A stretch of DNA of 64,000 nt from Eledone cirrhosa (lineage: Eukaryota). Shown in pieces: positions 1 through 12,700 of the stretch. The notes below the pieces were generated by a model. It saw only the letters and a program-made list of their open reading frames with translations, had not been told where the DNA came from and searched no databases. Positions within the stretch are counted from its first letter, which is position 1; each line of letters begins with the position of its first letter. Made by a program: the position numbers and the translations under genes. Location of the stretch: the NCBI GenBank assembly GCA_964016885.1, contig OZ024743.1, positions 171,058,001-171,122,000 on the forward strand, read 5' to 3'.

Positions 1-1343
1 TATCAACACCACAGTCACAACGTCTGTAAGACCACTGAATCAACACCATAGTCACAACTACTGTAAGACCACTGTATCAACAACACAGTCACAACTACTC
101 TAAGACCACTGTATCAACACCACAGTCACAACTACTGTAAGCCCACTGTATCAACACCATATTCATAACTACTGTAAGACCCCTGTATCAACACCATAGT
201 CATAACTACCGTAAGACCACCGTATCAACTCCATAGTCATAAGACCACTCTATCAACTCCATAGTCACAACTACTGTAAGACCACTGTATCAACACCATA
301 ATCACAACTACTGTAAGACCACGGTATCAACACCGTAGTCAGAACTACTGTAAGACCACTGTATCAACACCACAGTCACAAGGTCTGTAAGACCACTGAA
401 TCAACACCATAGTCACATCTATTGTAAGACCACTGTATCAACAACACAGTCACAACTACTCTAAGCCCACTGTATCAACACCATAGTCATAACTACTGTA
501 AGACCACTGTATCAACACAATAGTCATAACTACAGTAAGACCACTGTATCAACACCACAGTCATAAGACCACTGTATCAACACCATAGTCACAACTACTG
601 TAAGACCACTGTATCAACACCATAGTCATAACTACTGTATGACCACTGTATCAACAGCATTGTCACAACTATTGTAAGACCACTGTATCAACACCACAGT
701 CACAACTACAGTAAGACCACTGTATCAACACCATAGTCACAACTACTGTAAGACCACTGTATCAACACCACAGTCATAACTACTGTAAGACCACTGTATC
801 AACACCACAGTCACAACTACTGTAAGACCACTGTATCAACACCACAGTCACAACTACTGTAAGACCACTGTATCAACACCACAGCCACAACTACTGTAAG
901 ACCACTGTATCAACACCATAATCACAACTACTGTAAGACCACGGTATCAACACCGTAGTCAGAACTACTGTAAGACCACTGTATCAACACCACAGTCACA
1001 ACGTCTGTAAGACCACTGAATCAACACCATAGTCACAACTACTGTAAGACCCCTGTATCAACAACACAGTCACAACTACTGTAAACCACTGTATCAACAC
1101 CACAGTCACAACTACTGTAAGACCACTGTATCAACACCACAGTCACAACTACTGTAAGACCACTGTATCAACACCACAGTCACAACGTCTGTAAGACCAC
1201 TGTATCAACACAATAGTCACAACTACTGTAAGTCCTCTGTATCAACACCATAGTCACAACTACTGTAAGACCACTGCATCAACACCACAGTCACAACGTC
1301 TGTAAGACCACTGTATCAACACCATAGTCACAACTACTGTAAG
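1..1343. repeat. 37-bp minisatellite array (ACTACTGTAAGACCACTGTATCAACACCAYAGTCACA)n, runs off the window start
   Basis: Period 37 (e.g. TACTGTAAGA at 781 and 818); about 36 units, a few deleted. Confidence 0.97.
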
Positions 1344-2011
1344 AAAATACATACTTCGTTTTAATCCGACAATTTAACACCCTCACCCATCTGGATAATA
1401 TATAATTTCGCTGCTGGTTTGAAGTGGTTAAATGATTAGTATGTATTTGCTACTAATCATAACAAATAGCAGGTTGACTGATAAAATGACAAGTCAGTCA
1501 ATCATATTGGTGGCCTCCCCACAACCCCGGCGGACAAGAAGTAATAAATAGAACCCTGAGCGAGGGTGGGGTATATATTTTCCACATTCAAGACAACAGT
1601 TACAACAACAACAGCAAATACCGACCAAAGTCGCCTAAACTGGCCGCAGAAGTCGTAGTGATATTACTACCACGCTGACAACAACAACGATATCAACAGC
1701 AACAACAACAAACACTAACCAACGCCGCCTATATTGGCCGTAGTAGCCGTAGTGACAGTACCAACCCGCCGACAACAACAACGATAACACCAACCACGAC
1801 AATAAACAGAACTCAGAGCTAGGTCTATACACAGACTTGATGGCATCTTTCCCGATACCATAGCCAAAACAACAAAGGTTACTGTAACAACATTAACACC
1901 GCCCATCACCATATACCGGTCATCGCAGTAGTGGTAGTATCAATGATATTAGTACCCAGTCAATGGCAGCGAGTATCCATTACACGAGAGCCAGCCAGTG
2001 GTAACACCAAT

Positions 2012-2233
2012 TGTGGTTAGAAAAAGTTACTTCACTTACCGCTTTCGCTGGCACCGCTAATCCAATGGCTGGTTTCTCATCTCCCACGTGCGTACAATCC
2101 AACTCGTTAACCGGAAGCTCCAAGACTGACGTCCACCTCCGGTCGAGCACCCTTCCGGTCAAGCACCCTTCCGGTCAAGCACTCTTCCGGTCGAGCATTC
2201 CTCAACCTCCGGCCACCGCACACCACACCATAC
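2012..2233 (-). repeat. 3' LTR of Gypsy element
   Basis: Aligns with 5889-6135 (GAAAAAG.TACTTCACTT...CCCACGTGCGTACAATCC...CACCACACCATAC). Confidence 0.85.
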
Positions 2234-2245
2234 GCCCCTCTGATC

Positions 2246-3967
2246 TCAAGGATCAAATTCCCCCTCGTCCTGCTGCATATGAATGTCTGCTGTCCAGGTT
2301 GGTGGTTTACGACTTCTTTGCGATCTCCGCAGTGTTGAGGCGGCACTTTGGGTTTCCTCTTCCTCGGAGTCCGTTGACACAGTAATTCTACGGACATCCA
2401 GGACATGACGTGGTACTCCGTCCACGGACACATTGTTCTGGGAATTTACGGCCGTCACCGTTCCCCTTCCCCATTGAGATGTGCAACGTGCATCTGGGGG
2501 CTTAAACCAGACTTCTTCGCCCACCTGCACGAATGCATTCTCTCGCTCCACTGGCCGTTGTGGCGGTGTGCACGGGTACCGCCACTCGTATCTGAATACT
2601 GCTCTGTGTGGCACCGATTCCTCAACCTGTCCCACCCGAGGAGACATGTTGTACCAGAACACTGCCACCATTGGTGAGATGTGGCCCCACTCCACCATTG
2701 CTTTGATCGTCCGGTGGTGTCGCTCCACGATTCCATTTCCGCTCGGCCTGTACGCTGCTCTGAAGAAACGGTGCACCATCCATCGAGCATCTCCCTCAGC
2801 GCCTCCGAGCGGAACGCTGCGCTGTTGTACATCAGCAGTTCGTCCACAGGACACCTCTCTCAACGTTCGCGTGATTTCCTCGGCCGTTCCAGTCTTCATC
2901 TCCCTCCATATCGCCATCCGTCCCGGTTCACAGTCGACCATCGAGAGGTACGTTCCCTGTCGGTAGTGTGTTACATCCACCGCCAATCGCTTCCAGTCGC
3001 GATCCACAGGGAGGCTTCCCGTTTCGTGCACACCCGGGGCGGGATCAATGGACTGACATCGGACGCAGCCTCTAACCACTCTTTGAACACTGTGTCTGTC
3101 AACGTCCGAGTCGATTCTTCTGGCTAGGGACAGAGTCATATCCACTCCCATGTGCTGCATGTCATGCAACCCTTTCAGATCCGACTCGGTCAGCCGACAC
3201 ACGGCAGCTATCTCCTCTTCTACCTCCTCCGGCGCGTCCATCCAGGCTTTCTTCACCCTGGTTAAAACGTCCGCCCTATTTTTCTCTGAGGGCACGAAAA
3301 CTACGCTCAGCCTCGTGTCGAACTCGGTGGCCAGCTCTCCTAAAGTTCCCAGGCGGCGCTTTATCAGCATATCCGCCGCCCCTCTCGTTCGCACTCTCTT
3401 CTCACTGGTGAGCCCTGATCTCACCCATCCGAATACAGTAGCCGAGTCGGTGCGTATCTCGATGGTGCGCAGTTCCCACCTGAGGGCGAGATTCACCCCT
3501 CTGAACACCGCGTCCAGTTCGGTCACATTGATGTGGTTGCAATCGTCCTTCTTCCTAAGCCAGGCTGCATCCTCGAGCTCAACACCTCCTATCTCCAACG
3601 TGACACCCAGCGCTATGCTGCTGGCATCGCACCATACGGTCCCGCTCTGCGATTTGGGAACATACCAGCGTCCCCGAACTGGTTCGTCGGCCTTTACCCT
3701 CTCCACGATCTCCTGCATCATGGCCACCGTCCTCTCTCCCACTCTGTCACTCCAAGTCACCCCACCCGCTCGTCTCTTGACATAGCTGCATGCCGTCCGG
3801 AGCCACCCAGCAATCGGGTAGTGACCCACCAACTTTCCACACGCCGAGAAAATCTCCCGCCTACTAATACTTGGGCCCAGTTCTGGAACTTCATTTCTCC
3901 TCTGGAATACTAACACGCCCGTCCTGTCTCGCCGTAGCCTAAGTCCCAGCGCGGCTCCTCCCTCCAA
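2246..3967 (-). pseudogene. Gypsy pol C-terminal part: RNase H + integrase
   Basis: VWCDAS and HINVTEL (RNase H); H-H-CxxC (LHDMQHMG...CVRCQ), AVDVTH, AYRPSGNGIVERHHRTIK (integrase); local frame disruption near the second catalytic Asp. Confidence 0.9.
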
Positions 3968-3994
3968 CGCTTCTGACGGCTTCGCAGCCAGTCC

Positions 3995-5014
3995 TTACCC
4001 CTGTAAATAGCTAGTGACCTCCGCTGCCGACACTACAGACTCGTCCACTAGGATGTCGTCAATGTAGGAATTAATGGCCCACTTCATCTTGTCGGCTTTT
4101 CCCAGAATGGTCTTGAGGACCGCCGCCATGATCTTCGGTGCAGAGCTCAGCCCGAAACCGAGCCTGGTCAGGCAATATGTCCGGCCCTTATACCTGACCA
4201 GCTGATACTGCCAGAGATTCTCATCTATGTGTAATTGTAAGTATGCCGACTTTAGATCGACGATTGCGGAAGCCCCCGTCATGCGTCTCCACTCACGCAG
4301 GGTTTCCCCACAGACATCCGTGACCTCGCCACCCGTGTGGCATGACACGTGCTCGTTCAGCTCCCGAAAGTCCAGTACCGGCCTCACCCTGTTCTTCGTG
4401 GGTTGCGCCACCGCCATTAACGGCAATACTCCGCACTTCACCTCCTCTTTCCAGGGAAGCAGTATGCCCTCCTCAATCCATCTCTCTACCTCTCGCTTGA
4501 ACTCGCTCCTAATATCTCCCTTCAATGTGTGTTGATAGCAGCCCACTTTGGTCTTCAGTGTTGGTGGTTCTCCCTTCCAGTACCACTCAACAACCCATAG
4601 TTGCCCATCGAACACGGCCTTGAAGTCTTTGTCCTGCACAGTGTAAGCGGGGTATTTCTCCTCGTGGGCCTTCTGGTTCTCCTGTCGCGTACTCACAGCG
4701 CATACCGATGCGGCGCCGCCAAACGACACACCGACGTTGTTCAATGTGACGCCACCTAGATGGCCAATTGCGTCTACGCCCATAACTACGCAGATCCCAT
4801 CCACCACGTTGTCGACTATGATGGCAGAACGCCTTATTTTCTTTCCCCGTACCGCCATCTCCTCCTCGCTGCGACACCAGCATTCAATTTTCCTATCGTC
4901 GACTGCCCTTACGCTGCTCTTCCCTCTCCAGCTCTGCGCCACCCCAGTCGTACAGCCCGTGTCCACGAGGGCTCGCTGTGGCTTTCCCCTCACGAAAACT
5001 TTCACCACGGGCAA
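3995..5014 (-). pseudogene. Gypsy aspartic protease + reverse transcriptase
   Basis: ALVDTG (protease); RPVLDFRELN, DLKSAYLQ, RLGFGLSSAP, SYIDDILV (RT); broken from the RNase H-IN frame near 3970-3995. Confidence 0.92.
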
Positions 5015-5019
5015 CGCCT

Positions 5020-5760
5020 CTACTCGTAAGGGGAAACTACCGGCGCAATAGTGCCTCTTGGATCGTTTCCCTGGTCGCAGCTAGTAGCGATGTGGCCTGG
5101 TCGCTTACACCGGTAGCATATTTTTTCCGGCTTTGACTCTCTACAGTCTCTTGCCATGTGCGGGTCCTGGCACCTAAAACAGCGACCTCTAAACGTTCGC
5201 GGGCGACCGCGTGCCGTGGTTGCCTCCCTTTCACCATTTCGCTGCCGGCTGCCTTGGGCCTCTGTAATTGCTATCGCCGTGACACTCTTCTTGGCATTTT
5301 CTGCTATGATGCGGGCTTGGTCCACCAGTGCACGCATGTCCATGTCCTTGTAACCCGGGACTTGCTGCACTTTCACCGCTATGTCGTCTGGAAATCCATT
5401 TATGAACGCCAGCCGCACTGTACGTTCGCATTCCACCTGATATCCAGCCAACATGGCCAATCGCCGTATTTCCGCTGCGAAAATGTCAACGCGTTCACCG
5501 TTCCATCTAATCCTTGCCAGCTTAGCGAACGCTTCCATCATGCGCCTCTCAATCTTTTGCGCATTCCTTTGCCTATGTTCATCCATCTCTAGGAAGAGTG
5601 CCAACGCACCCCCCTCGAGGTACAGTGACATGAGGCCAGCCTCGTCTTCTATCTTTTGTAAGCTTGCGACCAGCCGGACTTTTCGCAGCCAAGCAACAAC
5701 ATCGCCTTCACCGGTAAATGCTCTAATCGCTTCTCCGCTTATTCGTAATCTCGTTGCCAT
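5020..5760 (-). CDS. Gypsy Gag with two CCHC zinc knuckles
   Basis: CFRCQDPHMARDC and CYRCKRPGHIATSC; lies upstream of protease. Confidence 0.88.
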   Translation of the reverse strand: MATRLRISGEAIRAFTGEGDVVAWLRKVRLVASLQKIEDEAGLMSLYLEGGALALFLEMDEHRQRNAQKIERRMMEAFAKLARIRWNGERVDIFAAEIRRLAMLAGYQVECERTVRLAFINGFPDDIAVKVQQVPGYKDMDMRALVDQARIIAENAKKSVTAIAITEAQGSRQRNGEREATTARGRPRTFRGRCFRCQDPHMARDCRESKPEKICYRCKRPGHIATSCDQGNDPRGTIAPVVSPYE

Positions 5761-5888
5761 ATCCTAATTTTGTCTTGCGGTAAGTAATAAAAAACAACAG
5801 ACACCTCTCTATTTTTCCAGTAGCTTTGTTTTCAAGAAAGTTCTTTTTTTTTTTTTTTTTGATCAATCAGATTTCAGTTTCCAGTGCT

Positions 5889-6140
5889 GAAAAAGCTACT
5901 TCACTTCTGGCACCGCTAATACAATGCCTCGTTTCTCCTCTCCCACGTGCGTACAATCCAATTCGTTAACCGGGAGCTCCAAAACTGACGTCCACCACGT
6001 TCGCTGACCACCCTAGAGAGAGGCAGACCTGCTGGCCCTTCCGGTCGAGTACCCTTCTGGTCAAGCACCCTTCCGGTCAAGCACTCTTCCGACCGAGCAC
6101 TCCCCAGCCTCCGGCCACCGCACACCACACCATACCCACA
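5889..6140 (-). repeat. 5' LTR of Gypsy element
   Basis: Similar to 2020-2233 with indels. Confidence 0.85.
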
Positions 6141-6304
6141 CCAATAACAATAACAACACCAGTAATGAACCCACCACGGCGACGACGGCAACACAGAGGC
6201 CTGGTGGTACGGGTTGCTGAAGACATTACTTACAAAATAATCACAGTCCAGAAAATAACTAGCCACAATAGCAGTCAGTTGTAACTACAATAGTATTAAT
6301 ACTA

Positions 6305-8600
6305 TCGAAAGGGGCTGCTAGACCTGTAAGTGAGCTGTGGGAAGCGAAAATAGGGACAGAAAAAAACATATATATATAAATTCAGGCACACATATAGAGA
6401 ACATAGAACAAACTGAACAAAGATTATACATAAATACAACAGTAGGTATACATACGGAGAACGAGGAACAAGGAACCAAGGGATATAGAACACGGACCCT
6501 CAGAGACTCCAGGCGTGCATACAGGCTATCTAGGGTTCGCCTGACGCTGGGGTCGTTGTGTGGCCACGTCCGGCTCCCACGGTCAGGCTTAGCACTGGCG
6601 CTCAACCAGTACAACTAAGTTGTTAATCTGTACAGTCTGAAGAAAGTTCCAGTTGATCTGTGGTGGCAGGTGCTGAACAGGTTACTCCTTTTATAGATAA
6701 CCCGTGTTCCCCTTTCGATTATCTCCATAATCTCGGTGACACAAAGATTGGATGAATCATGCCCTCCTCCTCTGTAGGGTTGGGCTGAGGCTACCTTGGA
6801 CCATGACAAGGTGTATTCCAAGTTGTCATGTTTGAGAGGCCACACCAGTTCGGAGAAGGCGGTGCTGTTTTTCTTATCCAGTCTCCTAAAGGTATGGCAG
6901 TGATTGTACCAGGGTTCCTTAAACTTATTAGCTGTGGCTCCTGGTTATTGGTACTCCCCTACATTCATAGACTAAGCCACTGCTAAGGCACTTGCTTTCC
7001 AGGGGGCAGTTACTGGGGTTTCTACAATTACAGCTCGGAGAGGTGTTGCCATACGGATTACCGGATCGCGCGGCATGATTCCTTGGTCGTTCACGGTTCA
7101 TAATACTACCATCGGAGGAAGAGGCATTTGTGTTGCTCACCTCCTCCTGATCACTGACTTCTATATTTTTTTAGCTAGGTTTCTCGTTGTAGAGTAGGAC
7201 AATTTAATTTTGTGCCTGTTGAAAATTACGTGGTACCTGTGCTGTTTAGGGAAGTGCTTATCCAAGGCCTTGAAGAAAGAGACTGCGCGGTTGCTTCGTA
7301 AACCAACGCAGAAGGGGCGGGTTAAATCATACGACATTGCGGGAATGGGTTCGCCTCCTGTTGTAGTCCCCAGTCCCTCTATCCTTTCCGTCCGAGTACG
7401 CGCTAGGCAGTTGCTGTGGGCGCCTGGAAAGGCCACCCCTCCCGGTTCATCTATTCCCGTTGGGTTGGTCATGCCGATCGGAGCACCCCGAGTTGTGTGG
7501 TCTCCGTTTGCAGCGAGGGAGGCGGTTTGTACTGTCAACGCTCACCCCTGGGCCCACACATGTCTCGCGTGGCTCCACCACGCTGGTTTCCTCGTTTTCC
7601 ATTGTAGGCGAAGTCCGGTTCCTGCTTAATAAGTTTTGGTTAACAGTTCCTCTAGGATTAGTTTGCAGTGTGGCTCCAGGGGTGAGTATTGCACTCCCAG
7701 CCGGATTGGCCTCGCCGTAGGTTCCTTCCGATCTGTTACTGACAGCAGTTACGCTATTCATTCGATTGGGTATATACTTAATTTTCCCTATGTAACCTGC
7801 ACTATTAAGGGCATTAGAGGGTCGGACATGCTTTCCAGCATAGTTACGTCCCTTTACGATCTGAGTTCAAATCCCGCCGAGGTTAACTTTGCCTTTCATC
7901 CTTACGGGGTCGATAAAATAAAGTACCAGTAATGTACTGAGATAATTGATGGCCTTGTGACAAAAGTAGAAACAATTATTATAATAGTTAGCTACGTTGT
8001 TGAAGGTTTCCTGATTAACTGACAGAGATGATATCCTACGGGATACGCTATTCACTATGACCCTCTTGACTGACCTGGGATGGTTGGAATTTACGTACTT
8101 GAGGCATTCGTTCAGCTTGTGGTACGGGTAGTAGAGGCCAGATTCTAGAATGAAAAGTTAACTATCCTTCTATTATCGTCTACGTCTATGTCAAGGCCCA
8201 AGTTTTTGAAAAATCTAATTAAGCTCTTTCTAGTCCTATTTATCATGTTGTTGCTGTGGTCGAGTAGCGTAAACAGCGCATCATGGCGGTATATTCCACC
8301 GCCTAACGCTTTTCAAGTTTTTGAGGATGTAGAGGCCCACCAGGTCAGTAACCTGCGCCGAGTCGCTCAATCCCATCGTGATGTCAAAGTTGTCCGGCCT
8401 CTCTCTCCTAATCCACAGTTCACCGTCAAAACCTATTAGTGTCTTCCTGGCAGTATGAATAATGTTAATTTCATCCCGAGTTAATACTGTATGGCTGTGT
8501 GCAAACATAATCGCCTTGTTAAGCACTACCTGGGAGATAGGCTCATAATAGTTACATATATCAAGCTGTATAAACTTAGTCCTTCTCGATTGCATGGGGA
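6305..8600 (-). mobile_element. Decayed Penelope-like element (Naiad-type RT + GIY-YIG), 5'-truncated, SINE-interrupted
   Basis: KFIQLDICNYY, NFDITMGLSDSAQVTDLVG (RT); DKHFPKQHRYHVIFNRHKIKLSYS; CNCRNPSNCPLESKCL; NLCVTE...STCHH; several frameshifts and deletions. Confidence 0.88.
7815..7977 (+). mobile_element. tRNA-derived SINE, 5'-truncated
   Basis: B box GTTCAAATCC plus core CTTTGCCTTTCATCCTTACGGGGTCGATAAA shared with six other copies. Confidence 0.9.
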
Positions 8601-8663
8601 ACCGTGGAAATAAATATAATGATTAAACGATCTATGTAACATCAGCATTATTATTTTTGTTAA

Positions 8664-8851
8664 GGGCGGTGGATTGGCAGTATCGGTAGAGGGTCGGACG
8701 CCATGCTTTCCAGCATATTTACGTCCCTTTACGATCTGAGTTCAAATCCCGCCGAGGTTGACTTTGCCTTTCATCCTTACGGGGTCGATTAAATAAGGTA
8801 CCAGTAATGAACTGGGTAATTGCTGGCCTTGTGCCTAAAGTAGAAACAATT
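8664..8851 (+). mobile_element. tRNA-derived SINE (MetaSINE-like core), full length
   Basis: A box TGGCAGTATCGG, B box GTTCAAATCC, GCCTTTCATCCTTACGGGGTCGAT core, (ATT)n tail. Confidence 0.92.
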
Positions 8852-8870
8852 ATTATTTTTGTTATTTTTA

Positions 8871-8933
<63 letters not shown>

Positions 8934-8944
8934 CGACGATGAAT

Positions 8945-9270
8945 TTGTTTTGCAAGGTTTTTGATATGAAATCGTGTGTCGAAACAAATATTGTTATACT
9001 TGGGGAGGTTAATATTGTTGTAATAATATTGCCAGAAATAATAACATAACACACTCACTGTTTGGTTGGTTTTCTCTTCTGTATCTTTTATATCTCCATA
9101 ATTAATTTATTTGCCAATCAGCGTTTATCATTGATTGACCAACGGTTAAAAATAAAGATATAAATATATATATATATAGTCTATCAAAGTTCTTTCGTTG
9201 CACATCTGCAACATCATCAGTGGTACTATTATTATCTTCCTTCTTATTATACTGTATTGTATTGTAATGG
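8945..9270 (-). repeat. HHR-containing interspersed repeat (pLTR-like); copy at about 11920-12235, related to 31357-31940
   Basis: High similarity to 11920-12235; shares ATATTGTTATACTT.GGGAGG with 31357. Confidence 0.8.
9177..9229 (-). ncRNA. Minimal type I hammerhead ribozyme
   Basis: Minus strand CUGAUGA-U-GUUGCA/UGCAAC-GAAA-GAAC-UU with imperfect stem I. Confidence 0.7.
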
Positions 9271-9939
9271 CGTAGACAGATAAAATACATAGAAAATGTA
9301 TCTTTCTGAGGAGGACGTTATGTTATACATATGTTATACATAAAACTTTACATATTCGAAATCTATACTAAAATAAAGTAAGGAGTACAGGACTGCATAC
9401 GGTTTATTTCTTTTAATCCAGTTAGTAAAATAAGTTGGATTACTTTGAATAAATAATGAATGACTATTACATAATTTATGTACTAAATTTCGTAACTTTT
9501 GATTAAATTTAATATAAATAATTTTATTGCTTATTTTAAATTGACTTCTTTTCAAAGTTTCAAATTTCTACACTTCCCGTATATCGCTGCCACTACCACC
9601 ACTTCAACTATCATATATATAATAAGACAGAGTGTGTGATAAGAGAGATACAGATAGACAGAGTGATTATGATTTTCAGCATGCTGATGCGTATATGTGT
9701 GTATGTGCACATACATACATCTATATGCATGAGTATATAACTATTATGAGTATATAACTATAATCGCGCAAACACAAACTTACAAAAATACACGCTCACG
9801 AACATACATTCACACAAATACACATACTTTCACACAAACACATACATACATTCACATATATACATTTACACAAACACACACATACAGTCCTGATAGCGTT
9901 CGATGAATTGGAAACGGGAGAGTAAAAGTACAACTTTTT

Positions 9940-10612
9940 ATTTATTTATTAACAACACAGTTTAACTCTTTTTTTAAAAAAACTCATTTGTATAATCCAT
10001 TTAATATAATGGTTACAGAACGAAAACACAAACAAATATAATATATACAAAGGAAAGGGAAAGGAAAAAAGAAAGAGAAAAAATACACAAACACATAATA
10101 CCCACATCTTAGACCACATAGAACGAAATGCAGACGAACGAGTGGGAAAACGAGCCGCTACCAGAGCAAAAGATAGCAATATAGCGAGGAGCACTGAGAA
10201 ACCTCTGTAATAATTTTTGAGCACGCTCGCAGCGTTACCTGGGTTGGTGGCGAGGCTCAGGTGCAGGAACAACCAAGTTCCCTTACGAGCATCAACAGTT
10301 ACCACTGTTTGGAGAGCCGCCAGTGAAGATAAGAACCTCGCTGTCAGTAGCCCGATTACCCCAAATGTCTCGAACGCCACAGGCTGTATAATGTATTTAG
10401 TTCAGAGAACACGGTATTTTAGGATTTTGTTCCGTTCAGCTTCGGATACTGCACCCAGGATCTGGGAAGAAGCAAAAGAGTCACTAAATGTAACGTAAGG
10501 CACCTGTCCCTTGACCAGGAGCACAGAGTAAGACCGTCAAGTCTTTTCCCATCAATTCTGGATAACCCAGACGGTTCCAAAATTGCGGGGATGTTTGCCC
10601 GGGCCAAAGCTT
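9940..10612 (-). mobile_element. 3' fragment of a CRE-like non-LTR retrotransposon (restriction-like endonuclease region)
   Basis: EPSGLSRIDGKRLDGLTL..W, AFETFG, LSLA...GNAASVL; A-rich tail near 9940. Confidence 0.7.
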
Positions 10613-10774
10613 TTAAGTGGTAATACGACAGTGTGTGTATGTTCGCGCACGTGAGTTTGTCGGCGTTCTTAAATTAGAGACACGTGTGTGTCACTGTTTT
10701 TAAGTTAGACATATATATGTGTATCCCTTTCCTTCCTTTTACACACACGCATACATTCACACAAACACAAATAC

Positions 10775-11468
10775 ACATTGTGTCATGGACAGGTGGACAG
10801 AAGTCCCTCAAATGTATATACATGTGAATGGAGTTCTACTGAAGCAGTTAGAGGAGTTCAAATATCTTGGAGCCGTGTTCATGAGTGATGGAATGCAGGA
10901 GGCTGAATTAAGTGCAAGAATTGCAAAAGTTGATGCAGTAATGCGCCAGCCTCAACATTCAGCAATCAAATGAAGCGGGGTAGATGTAAAAGCCAAACTC
11001 GCTGTTTTCCTGGTATTCCTGCCAACTCTTACCGAGGACCATGAATCTTGAGTAATAACCAAAAGAATACAACTGCAAATAAAAGCGGCAGAAATGGGAT
11101 TCCTCCGAAGGGTTTTTGGAGCAACTTACTCGATAAAGTGCATAGTTCAGATACCAGAGAGTCACTCCTGGTAGAGCCGCTACTTCCCCGAATTGAGAGA
11201 TCACAACTCCGATACTATGGGCATGTGTAAGAATGTCTCAGTAAAGAATCGTTGGACACATTTTACAGGCAAAACCAACCGGCAAGAGACCCAGAGGTAG
11301 ACCCTAAGCAAGATAGTTGGATAACATGCACGAGCTTAGCTGGTCACACTTTGGGATCCAGCTGGATCAGTTAGAGATGTTTGCTACTGACAGACTCACT
11401 GGAAGGAGTGTTTAAGAAGGTCTCTACCCCCTCGACCCTCTCAGAAATAAGTAGGCGAAGAAGAAGAT
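10775..11468 (+). mobile_element. RTE-clade LINE 3' fragment
   Basis: LKQLEEFKYLG...ELSARIAK, RSQLRYYGHV, GKRPRG; (GAA)n tail; stops and frameshifts. Confidence 0.85.
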
Positions 11469-11616
11469 ATTGTCAATTTACATATATCTGTATGCATATA
11501 TATTTGCATATAATACCAATGTGCACACTACATATGCTAACAGAAAACCGCCGGGGGCAGTTCTTCTGCTAGTATACATAATGAAATAAATAGAGATGAT
11601 ATAAAGTATATATATA

Positions 11617-11795
11617 TTGGCAGTATCGGTAGAGGGTCGGACGCCATGGTTTGACGCATAGAGTTACGGCCCTTTCCATTCTGAGTTCAAATCCCGCCGA
11701 GGTTAACTTTCCCTTTCATCCTTACAGGTCGTTAAAATAAAGTACCAGTAATGCACTGGGTAATTGCTGGCCTTGTGCCAAAAGTAGAAACAATT
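11617..11795 (+). mobile_element. tRNA-derived SINE
   Basis: Same A box, B box and core as 8664-8851. Confidence 0.9.
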
Positions 11796-11827
11796 ATTAT
11801 ATGTATATGTGTATATATATATATGTA

Positions 11828-11895
<68 letters not shown>

Positions 11896-11919
11896 TGTGT
11901 GTGTGTGTGTTGTGTGTAT

Positions 11920-12235
11920 TTGCTTTGCAAGGTTTTTGATATGAAATCGTGTGTCGAAACAAATATTGTTATACTTGGGGAGGGTCATATTGTTGTAATA
12001 ATATTGCCAGAAATAATAACAGAACACACTCACTGTTTGGTTCGCTTTCGCTTCTGTATCTTTTATATCTCCATAGTTAATTTATTTGGCAATAAATGTT
12101 TATCATTGACTGACCAACGGTTAAAAATACAGATAAATATATATATATAGTCTATCAAAGTTCTTTCGTTGCACATCTGCAACATGATCAGTGGTACTAT
12201 TATCATGTTCCCTCCTATTGTATTGCATTGTAATG
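11920..12235 (-). repeat. Second copy of the HHR repeat at 8945-9270; HHR core mutated
   Basis: Alignment by eye; core at 12147-12200 reads CUGAUCA instead of CUGAUGA. Confidence 0.8.
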
Positions 12236-12281
12236 TTTACACCATTTTTATTTTATTTATTTATAAATAAATAAAATAAAA

Positions 12282-12700
12282 ATGGTGGACAAATGTAATA
12301 CAAAATATATTGTATATGAGGCCAAACTGACACCCATTTTAAATAACCAGCCAGCCAGAAGTGAGCGATATGTGGGCATGACACAAGACAAATTTAAAAC
12401 CATGTATTATGCACATGTCGCTTCATTCAAACACCCTGAGAAAAGAACATCAACGGCGCTGGCTAATAAAGTGTGGGAGTTTAAAGATAGAAATATTCCA
12501 TACTCGATCGATTGGTCTATTTTAGACCACTCAAATGAATATCAGAAAGGCACAAAGAAATGTTCTTTGTGTATAACAGAAAAATACAGAATACTTCAAA
12601 ATCTGAAAACCACTACCACTTGCCTCAATTCTAAAACTGAGATCTTCAGAAGTTATCCACACCTGAAATGACATCTCCTTTCCAGCTGGAATAACACACC
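12282..12700 (+). pseudogene. PLE (Naiad-type) GIY-YIG endonuclease fragment followed by pyrimidine-rich 3' UTR
   Basis: IVYEAK...YVGMTQDKFKTMYYAH..SF, CSLCITEK, LNSKTE. Confidence 0.85.

Larger units (their letters stand above)
2012..6140 (-). mobile_element. Ty3/Gypsy LTR retrotransposon, degenerate
   Basis: gag-PR-RT-RNaseH-IN order on the minus strand; similar LTRs at about 2020-2233 and 5889-6135; purine-rich tract next to the 3' LTR; TGTGG...CCACA ends with CCAAT on both flanks (2007-2011, 6141-6145) as candidate TSD. Confidence 0.92.

Noticed and set aside
1-1343. CRISPR-like 37-bp repeats
   Set aside because: Units are contiguous with no unique spacers, there are no cas genes, and the context is eukaryotic.
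2011-5767. Plus-strand ORFs over the Gypsy element
   Set aside because: Antisense shadows of GC-rich gag-pol with no independent motifs.
8664-8755. tRNA gene
   Set aside because: A and B boxes are present, but as the head of a multi-copy SINE with no convincing cloverleaf.
9300-9378. CTGAGGA...GAAA motif
   Set aside because: Stems I and III are poorly paired; not supportable by eye.
12282-12700. Selenocysteine recoding, as reported for some Naiad PLEs
   Set aside because: Conserved Cys positions checked in the Naiad-type copies are not TGA; the TGA at 12669 is not at a Cys position and looks like decay.
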